Of a DNA stretch of 64,000 bases, positions 54,767 to 64,000 are shown one piece after another; positions within the stretch are counted from its first letter, which is position 1, and the number at the start of each line of letters is the position of its first letter. The position numbers were made by a program, and so were the translations under genes. The DNA comes from Dictyostelium discoideum (Eukaryota), in NCBI GenBank assembly GCA_000004695.1, contig CM000155.2, forward strand, positions 1,600,001 through 1,664,000, written 5' to 3'. The notes beneath the pieces were generated by a model that worked only from the letters and a program-made list of their open reading frames with translations, was not told the DNA's origin and did not search any database.

Positions 54767-54955
54767 TTCTACAAAAAATTTAATAATATTTTTAATAATA
54801 TTGGCTTTGTTTGTAGCCAATGGGATTGAATTTTCTTTACAATATTTCTTTAAACAATCAGCTGTGAAATTTTCTAATTGTTCTTCATTTAATTTATCAT
54901 TTATATCTTCTTGTTTATTTGATAATAATTGTTTACTTGTTGGTTTGGTTGCCAT
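53442..54955 (-). CDS. SAP domain-containing protein (two SAP-like helix-extension-helix motifs), 3 exons, ~433 aa
   Basis: Exon 1 54955..54595 (…NEEQLENFTADCLKKYCKENSIPLATNKANIIKNI…, donor GTATGT). Exon 2 ~54489..54248. Exon 3 ~54140..53442 (…MSKPELKDALEKNGLPTEGDKQVLKKRLEQF is a canonical SAP motif; poly-Asn, poly-Asp tracts). Splice phases consistent. Confidence 0.65.
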
Positions 54956-55639
54956 TGTATTTTTTTTTTTTTTTTTTTTTTTTAATATTAATAATAATAA
55001 TAATAATAAATTAATTAATTAACACGTAAATAAAAAAAAAAAAAAAATAAAATAAAAAAAAAAGGTAGAATTAAAAATTAAATTATAAAAAAAAAAACTC
55101 AAAAAAAAAAAAAAAATTTTGGAGGGAAAAATAAAAATATTTATTTTTTTTAATTTTATTTTTTTTTTTTATTTTAAACCTTTATGGATTTCTGCTTATT
55201 ATTTTATTATAAAATCCATTTTGAGAAATAATAATAATAATAATAATAGTAAAAGTCCCCTTTTTTCCATCAATGCAATGAAAAAAAAAGGGGACTTTTA
55301 TTATTATTGTTTTTCATATTTTATTTTAAAAAAAAAATTTAACCACATATTGCTTCATTTAAAAAAAATTTTAATTTAAATTTTATTTTTCAAAATTTTT
55401 CTTTTTCTATTTTTTTTTTTTTTTTTTTTTTTTTATTTTTCTTATTTTTTAATTTTTTTAATTTTTTAAATTCCATTTAGCCCATATATATCTTCCTACC
55501 ATACACACAATTTCAAAAAAAAAAAAAAAATAATAATAATTAATAAATAAATAAATAAACAAATAAATAAATAAAAAATAAAAAAAATAAATAACATCCA
55601 TTAATTAAAAAAAAAAAATAAAAAAAAAATAAAAAAAAA

Positions 55640-56189
55640 ATGGATGATTTATTTAATTTAAAAGGTGAAGATAATAGTAATAATATAGAGGATGACTATG
55701 AAGAGATCTCATTTACAGATTCAAATACAAATAAATTCAAAAATACCAACAATAATAACAATAGAAATTTTTATAGTAACAATAACAATAATAATAATAC
55801 ATTTTCATTTAATAGTAATAATATAGATGATGAAGATTATGAAAATTATTTCATTTCAAATAACACACCAACTGCCACAACAACAAATACTACCACCACC
55901 ACTACTTCATCTAACATAAACAATGACATAAATTTTCATTTTAATTTTGACGTTTATGATAATTCAACTGTTCATATTAATAATAAAACATTATCTTCCA
56001 TTGATAATCTTTCTGCTAGTAATAATAATATTATTAATAATATTTCGTCAAATTTTAGTAATATAAATTTTAATGATAATATTGAAAATAATAATACTAC
56101 TAATAATAATACCACCACAAATAATGTACATAGTTTTCATGACTACGATGAAAGTTTATTAAGTAATTTTAATAATAATAATAATAGTT

Positions 56190-56277
<88 letters not shown>

Positions 56278-59200
56278 CACCATATCACCTACTACAACCA
56301 CTACCACTACCAATACTGCAACCACTTCGACACCAATTAATTCAAATACAAATAGTTATAATTATAATAGTAATGGTGTTGATTTATTAAATAATACTTT
56401 TGCAAATAGTATGCCAGGTGATAATAGTTTAAGTAATAGTGGTTTATTTGATGAACCATCTTCAGTTTTACCAAAAACAACAACTACAACAACAACTTCT
56501 ACTTCAACAACAGGTGTAACAAATGGACAACAAAATGTTGGTAAAATTCCATCATCAACATCATCATCATCAATATTTCAAAGTTTTAGTTCAATTAAAC
56601 ATGCAATTTTAAATACATCAACAGCCAATGGATTATTAAATTTTAGTACAGATAAATTTTGGAAAGATTTAGGTGAGGATCCATTATTGAATCAAGACCA
56701 AGCACCAGAATTTGAAAAATATTTAAGATTAGGTGAAGACATACCACAATATGCATGGGCAAGAAGATTAGATAACAATTATCCAGAGCATAAACATTTT
56801 CAAGTTTCAATGTGGCAAGGATTGAAATTGGTTGGTATGGGATATAGAATGTGGAAATATGTAAAGAAAGAAACTTCCTCTGGAAGAGTACCAATTATGG
56901 ATCCATTCAATCTACCAAAACCTGGTCCAATCATGGGTGTACCCATTGGTGGTATTGGTAGTGGTAGTATTAATCGTGGTTGGAAAGGTGATTTCGTTAG
57001 ATGGAATCTTAATAATGGTTTAGTTTCGAATGAAATCGTTGATGTTGATAAATTTTCAGTTTATATTAATTTTGATAATTCAAATACTTCATCATCATCA
57101 TCATCATCATCATCAAATTCATCAACACCACCACCACAATTTTCAAATAATAATAATAACAGCTATAACAACAGCTATAACAATAACATTAATAATAATG
57201 GATTTGATAATAATTTAAAAAGTAAACAAAAAGCAGTTGTATTATATCCAGGTAAACCAAAATCAAATTTAAATTTAGATGTTTGGAATTGGGGATTAAA
57301 AGGTGATAATAGTTGTTATTTTGGTTTATTTCCAAGAGCATGGACAGTTTATGAAGAACCTCATCCTGATATTAGATTAACTTGTAAACAAGTTTCACCA
57401 GTCATACCTCACAATTATCAAGAATCTTCATATCCATGTGGTGTTTATGTTTGGAAAATTGAAAATAATAATCAATATTCATCCGCTGATGTTAGTTTAA
57501 TGTTAACTTGGCAAAATAGTATTGGTACTCAATCTGATCAAGATGGTGGTCATTTTAATAAATATTTTACTTTTGGTGATAATGATCAACAATCACCATC
57601 ATCATCATCATCATCATCATCTGGTAATAATAAAAAAAATATAAAAGGTATTACTATGATTCATAAAAAAGAACAAAAATGTACATTACCAAATGGTAAT
57701 ACAAAGGTATTTAATGATCCAATGGAATATTCAATTGCAGTAATGGATGAACCAGATGTTGAAATTAGTTTTTGTGAAAGATTTGAAACTACTAGTAGAT
57801 TGGATGCTGCAAATTTATGGTATACATTCAATAAGAAAGGTGAATTGGAGAATAATAAAGATTCTAGACCATCAGCACCAAAGAAACCAATTGGTGCCGC
57901 AGTTGCAGCAAAAGTTAAAGTTGCAGCAGGTTCATCAAAAACAATTGTTTTTTGTATCTCATGGGATGCACCAATCACTAGATTCCAAATGGGTAGTGCC
58001 TACTATAAGAGATATACAAAATTCTATGGTAATCAAGGTGGTAATAGTCAACGTATAGCTTATGATGCCATTAATAATTGGAAACATTGGGATAATCAAA
58101 TCATTCAATGGCAACAACCAATTCTTTCAGATCCAGAGTTACCAACATTCTATAAGATGGCATTATTTAACGAACTATATTATTTGGTTGATGGTGGTAC
58201 TGTTTGGACACATGGATCACCAATTGATCCGGTACCATCACGTTACCCAACTAAAACTCAATTGAAACAAGAGGATACCACCGATACGAACCATATTGGA
58301 AGATTTGCTTATTTGGAAAGTTTGGAATATTTAATGTACAATACTTATGATGTTATGTTCTATGCTAGTTTTGCATTGACAATGCTTTGGCCATTGTTGG
58401 AGATTAGTTTACAATATGATATTGCAGATGCAACCCAATTGGATTATGGTATCAATTGGGAGGGTATTCATTCAGGTCATTTAATGCCAAGAAAGAAACA
58501 AGGTACAGTACCACATGATCTTGGTAATCCTGGTGAAGATCCTTGGAAACGTGTAAATTCCTATTGTATTCAAGATGTTTCACGTTGGAAAGATTTACCA
58601 TCGAAATTTGTTCTTCAAGTTTATAGGGATTATTTGGTGATGGAAGATAAGAATTTCCTACTTCAATGTTATAATGTAGTGGAGGGGGTAATTCAACGTA
58701 CTTTGGAACATTTCGATTTCGATCATGATGGTGTGGTCGATAATGAGGGCTTTCCTGATCAAACCTATGATGTTTGGCCAGCAACTGGTTGTAGTGCCTA
58801 CAGTGGTGGACTTTGGTTGGCTGCATTAAAAGTGGCAGCAGAGATTGCCAAGATTTTAGGTTTCAATGAAGATGAATCCATCTATAATGCAATCTTTGAA
58901 AAGGGTTCCAAATCTTTCACTAAAAAACTTTGGAATGGTCATTACTTTAATTATGATTCAAGTAAAAGTGTTCACTCTGACTCAATCATGTCTGATATGT
59001 TAGCTGGTCATTGGTATCTACTATCATGTGGTTTGAAATCATATATGACATTTGATCAAGCCCTATCCTCACTATCAATCATTAATGAATACAATGTCAA
59101 ATCTTATAGTAAAGGAGTTTGTGGTGCTGTTAATGGTATGCGTCCAGAAGGTACAGTAGATACAACTTGTTTACAATCTAGTGAAGTTTGGATTGGTACT

Positions 59201-59475
59201 TCATTCTCTTTAGCAGCAACAATGATATTACATCATATGGATTCTGATGCATGGGATCTAGTAAAGGGTATAGTTAATTCATCCTATCAAAAATGGGGTT
59301 TCCAATATCAAACACCAGAAGCATGGGATCAAAATGGTTGTTTTAGAGCAGCTTCCTATATGAGACCACTTTCAATTTGGTCAATTCAATGGGCATTACA
59401 AAAAAGAAAATATTTTGATTTTTATGATGAATCTTTAAAATCTCAACAATCAAATATAAATAATGGTACTAATAA

Positions 59476-59518
<43 letters not shown>

Positions 59519-59548
59519 AACAATGGTTCAAATTCTTTATTAAATTAG
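55640..59548 (+). CDS. non-lysosomal glucosylceramidase (GBA2-like, glycoside hydrolase family 116), single exon, 1302 aa
   Basis: N-terminal GH116 beta-sandwich region (…[21 protein letters not shown]…[16 protein letters not shown]…). C-terminal catalytic (alpha/alpha)6 domain (…[12 protein letters not shown]…[27 protein letters not shown]…[31 protein letters not shown]…). Long Asn/Thr/Ser low-complexity inserts. Confidence 0.9.
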
Positions 59549-59632
59549 AAATAAAAAAAAAAAAAAAAAAAGTTTTGGTTTTTTGCATTAAAAAAAAAAA
59601 AAATTTTTATTACATATGTATTAAATTTATTA

Positions 59633-59810
59633 TTATTTCTTTTTAATAAAACAATAATAATTATCATGATCTAAATTATTTTCAACCATTTCACATTCTG
59701 GAATTTGAGAAACCATTTTTTCAAATTCACCATCTTCAAATAAATGATAATATCTATGATAAACTTCATATTGTGAACCTGATTTTTCAATAATTTTATC
59801 TTCTTCATTT

Positions 59811-59874
<64 letters not shown>

Positions 59875-60676
59875 TATTATTATTATTTTCATCTCTTTGA
59901 TTTTCATCTTGTTGTTGTTGTTGTTGTTGTTGTTTTTTAGTCATATCAAATTGATTTTGAAATAACCAAGGTACCATTACATCTTGATAATCATAATTTT
60001 TACCTTTCCATTTTTGAGTCATTGCCCAAGAAGTGATTAGTAAAGTTGAACCAGATTTTAAAACTCTAATGATTTCTCTTAATGCTTCAGTTCTTCTTTC
60101 AAATGTTGAAAAATGATGAATTACTGCAATTGAAATTGCATAATCGAATGAATCCGATTTATATGGTAAATAAAGATTATCAGCAACTAATGATTCATAA
60201 TGTTTTTCATTACAAATTGATGCGAAATTATTACAAATATCAGAACCGATTAAATGACTATCTTTATTTATACCAAGGTATTTACCATTACCACAACCAA
60301 CATCGATACCAATTGAACCAATTTCAACTTTTCCTAAAAAGTTTTCAACAATTGGCCATGCTTTATAACGTGTACTATCGAAATGTAGTGCAATACGATC
60401 ATAAATTTCACGAACATGTTTAACTTCAACTTGATATGCTTCTCTATCAGTTTTTGGTTCTGAAAAATTGATTTTCTCATCACTAATCTCTGGTACTCCT
60501 TCATTAATAACTTTATTAACTTTATTATTCTTTTTTTCTTGTTTCTTTTGTTGTTTATATTGTTGTTTTTGTAATTTTTTTAATTCTTTTTTAGATTTAT
60601 CTTTAATTAATCCTTCTTCTTTTTCTTCTTTTTCTTTAATATTTAATGAATTTATATCTATATTTGTTTCTGTCAT
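59633..60676 (-). CDS. TRM9/ALKBH8-type tRNA (mcm5U34) methyltransferase (class I SAM-dependent), single exon, ~347 aa
   Basis: True ATG 60674-60676 (MTETNIDINS…; the upstream M of the ORF track lies in the poly-A leader). SAM motif I IDVGCGNGKYLG. FDYAISIAVIHHFST. TRM9 signature LLITSWAMTQKW. Poly-Q/poly-N insert before the C-terminus. Confidence 0.8.
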
Positions 60677-60972
60677 TTTTTTACTATAATTGGTTTTTTT
60701 TTTTTTTTTTTTCTTATTAAATATATATATATACAAATTTGGTTTCGTTTAAACGAATAATTTTAAAAATAAATTTTATTTTTTTTTTTTTTTTTTTTTT
60801 TTATTTTTTTAAAAAAACTCGTTTTCATTTTTTTAATTTTTTTAATTTTTTTTTATTTTTTTTTTAATCTTCCCAAAAGTTATGTGATCCTAAAAAAAAA
60901 AAATTAAATAATTAAATAAATATAAATATAAAAAAATAATAAATAAAGTACAAAAAAAAAAAAAAAAAAAAA

Positions 60973-62143
60973 ATGAATGATTTATATTTAGATTATTATT
61001 TAAATTTAATTTATTATAATAATAGAGATTTAATACATTTTTCATTTTTTATAGGAATAATATTATTGTTAATATCATTTATATATAATGTTATAGTAAG
61101 ACCATTACAAGATCCATATAGATTAGTTTATAGAAAATGTTTTTTTTGTCATAAATTTTGTAAAATTCAAAAGATCTATGATAATCAATGGTCATGTGAT
61201 CATTGTACACAATATAATGGTTTTAATAAAGATGGTGATTATAATACTGTCTTACCATTAATGCATAAAGTTATGCCATCACCATTAGTATCATCTTGTA
61301 TAAAATCACCAAAACAACAACAACAACAATTACCTTTATCACCATCATTACAATCATCAAATCATCAACAACAACAATTTAATGAACAACCAATTCAACC
61401 AATAACGTTATGTTCAAAATGTCAATATCATTTACAATTAAAATTAAATAAATCAATTGAATTTAATCCACCTCAACCAAAGAATTATAATTTAAGTAAT
61501 AATAAAAGTTTTATAGCGAATGAAAATAAACTATTTCAAGGTTATACGAAAAAGTTGGAAGAGGAATTTAAATTATGTGAAACTTGTGATAGAATCACTA
61601 AAAAAGAAATCAATAGAGTTGATAGTTATATTATCTCCACTTATTCAAATACACCAGATTTTAAAAAATTACCAAAAATTATCTCTCAAAATATAAGAAA
61701 AAATAGAATACAATTAATTAAAAATTATTTTATTCAAAATTCATCTATTTTTTCTTTTATTTCAAATATTTTAATTTATTTTTTATTATCAATACTTTTA
61801 TTTAATTTAATTTTTAAAAGTAAGTGGTTATTACTATTAATAATTATAAATTTTAAAACTAAACTAATATTTTTTTTTTTTTTTTTTTTTTTTTAAAAAC
61901 CAATAATAATAGTTGGAAATAATAGTAATAATAAAAATCAAGATGATTTATTCAATTATTATAATGTAAAAGTTTTAGAATTTGAAATAAGTTTTCTTTC
62001 AACCTTAATATTTTTAAAACTTTTTTTTAGAGTTTTTAGATACAATCAAGAAATTATAGCAATTAATTCATTCTTTAAAATTCCAAAAATTCATATCCTG
62101 ACAAAAGAATCTTTATTTTTTATTACTTTAGTGGTAGGTTTTC

Positions 62144-62214
<71 letters not shown>

Positions 62215-63028
62215 TTCTTTTTCATTATGATTAATATTTAATTTTTTTTTTTTAAAAAAATTTTAGATTTTTAAAATAATAATGTTAAAGGTACCATTTA
62301 TTGAAAATTCAAATCATTTTTCAATTTTAATTAATATATGGAATCAAATTTCAAATAATTCTATATTTTCTTCAATGTTTTTTGTTATTTTAATATTTGT
62401 TCATAGGATGGATACTTTTGTCAAATTACCAAAATCAGTTTTCACTTCTAAATTATTTGTTGGCTCAAATGATAGTTTTAATCAACAGCAACATCAACAA
62501 CAACAACAGCAACAAAGATCATTAAATAATAATCAAAGGTTAGAAGATTTATTTTCAACTACAACAACTATAACAAAATCACCAGTATCAACACCATTAA
62601 AACAAAGAAATCCATTCAACTCTTCAACTTTAAATAGTAGTGATATGTTTGATATAAATGATTTAACAAATAGTTTTAATGGGAGTTTAAGAAAAAATAA
62701 TAACAACAATAATATTAATATTAATAATAATCATAATATGGAAGGATTAATATCTTCATTAAATATTGAAGATCAAGATATATATAATAGTAACAATAAC
62801 TATAACAATAATTATAATTCAAATATGAAAAACAAACAAATTAATGGTATTATAAAGTTTATTGAATTTTCATTGGTTTCAGTATTTCGAGTTATTTTTG
62901 GAATTTTCAAAGATATTTTTAGCTTTTTTTTAAAATATAAACAATTTATTTTGGGTTTTGGAGTTTGCTTTTTTATAATATTGTATAATCACAAAATTCA
63001 ATTCTTATTTAATAAATTTTTTTTATAA
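60973..63028 (+). CDS. putative Samp1/Ima1/TMEM201-like nuclear envelope membrane protein with two CxxC…CxxC zinc-ribbon pairs, 3 exons, ~610 aa
   Basis: Exon 1 60973..61819 (N-terminal TM FSFFIGIILLLISFIYNVIV; CFFCHKFC…CDHCTQYNGF; CSKCQYHL…CETCDRIT; donor GTAAGT). Exon 2 ~61913..62133 (TM segments). Exon 3 ~62267..63028 (MLKVPFIEN…; C-terminal TMs). Family assignment is by architecture only. Confidence 0.5.
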
Positions 63029-63584
63029 ATTTTTTTTGATCAACTCAAGTGTATAGATAAAAAATTAATAAAAAAAAAAAAAAGATTTAATTTATTTTTT
63101 AAAATTACTATTTGAATATCTATAGAGAAAATTTTTTTTATTTTTTTATTTTTTTTTTATTTTTTTTATTTTGAAAATTTAGATAGAAATTATATTTGTA
63201 AAACCTTTGAGCCAAGAGTTAGTTTAGTTGATGATGGTAATTTTAATAAACTATTGATAAGTGGTAGAGATATAGGTTCGATATTGATAATACATGGTTT
63301 TTTAATCAAACTATTACAATTAAAAAAAACTGTAAAAAATCAAAATAAATAGTTTCATTAAATCTTTTAAATTATTATTTTTAAATCTATTTTTATAAAT
63401 TTCTTTTTTTTTTTTATATTGATTAATCATAGCTTATCCTTTACAAGGAAATAAACAATAATTAATAGTTTTATTTAGAAATTTTAACTTCATTTTATAA
63501 TTTAGTATTTCGATATTGGTTTGAATTTTAAAATAGGCAGTTTGAATTTTAAAATAGTGTTGTTGGTTGTGTTATTATTATTAT

Positions 63585-63634
<50 letters not shown>

Positions 63635-64000
63635 AATTCCAGAATACAATATACTTTATAAGTTAGTTTTTTTAGTTTGATTATTTGTAAATGGAAATCT
63701 TATGGATCGTTAAAATTACTTTTGAAAGAGTTAATTTAAAGTCTTTTGCTTTTTTTATATATTCTAGGGTGGCTAGTTTATACCACTTATTGGGTAGGGT
63801 CGAGTATGTGAGCTTTTCATCTTTAGACGTCCTTTAAATTTTTTTTTTTTTTTTTTTTTAATATTGGATTAACAAGATTGATATATGTCCATCTGTGTTA
63901 ATACGAGTTTTTATTTAATATTTATTTATAGGCTTATCATTTAAGCTGAAGGGTTATTTTAATCATAGTGCTAGAATTTGTTCCTTTAAAGGAGATAAAC

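Noticed and set aside
63211-63300. tRNA-like fragment (…ataGGTTCGATattg…)
   Set aside because: It resembles a B-box/T-loop only over 8 nt. No acceptor stem, anticodon arm or A-box could be assembled around it.

Overview
This window is eukaryotic nuclear DNA with every hallmark of Dictyostelium discoideum, not a prokaryotic locus. It is about 78% A+T, with long homopolymer and (AAT)n/(ATT)n tracts, poly-Asn/Gln/Thr coding runs, AAAATG start contexts, TAA stops, and short AT-rich introns with GTAAGT/GTATGT donors and (T)nAG acceptors. I reconstructed about 24 protein-coding genes on both strands, many with introns, by following conserved domains across exon boundaries. They are: a BTB/POZ protein; a TPR-SET-MYND (SMYD-like) methyltransferase; a MaoC/hotdog dehydratase; a PARL-type rhomboid protease with C-terminal MORN repeats; an MFS transporter; an FNIP-repeat protein; pirin; a BTB-BACK-MATH protein; a long TPR protein with an (EK)n tract; a tandem-repeat beta-helix-like protein; a pfkB sugar kinase plus a truncated duplicate pseudogene; a GTPBP1-family GTPase; NAD kinase; a CDK-like kinase with a poly-Asn tail of about 1000 aa; two tandem flavohemoglobin genes (397 and 423 aa, consistent with fhbA and fhbB); a double-SAP-domain protein; a GH116/GBA2 glucosylceramidase; a TRM9-like tRNA methyltransferase; and a Samp1/Ima1-like nuclear-membrane zinc-finger protein. 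There is also a 5'-truncated pogo/Tigger-type DDE transposase remnant. The most unusual observations are three separate in-frame TAA stops inside otherwise conserved reading frames (NTF2-like ORF, the transposase, the beta-helix repeat gene), a recent deleted duplicate of the pfkB gene, several perfect inverted repeats and motif clusters in promoters, and two GC-rich CACGTG palindromes. I found no evidence of a prokaryote-style defence or mobile 'system' (no CRISPR, no operons). Coordinates were derived by hand and may be off by 1-2 nt at splice sites.
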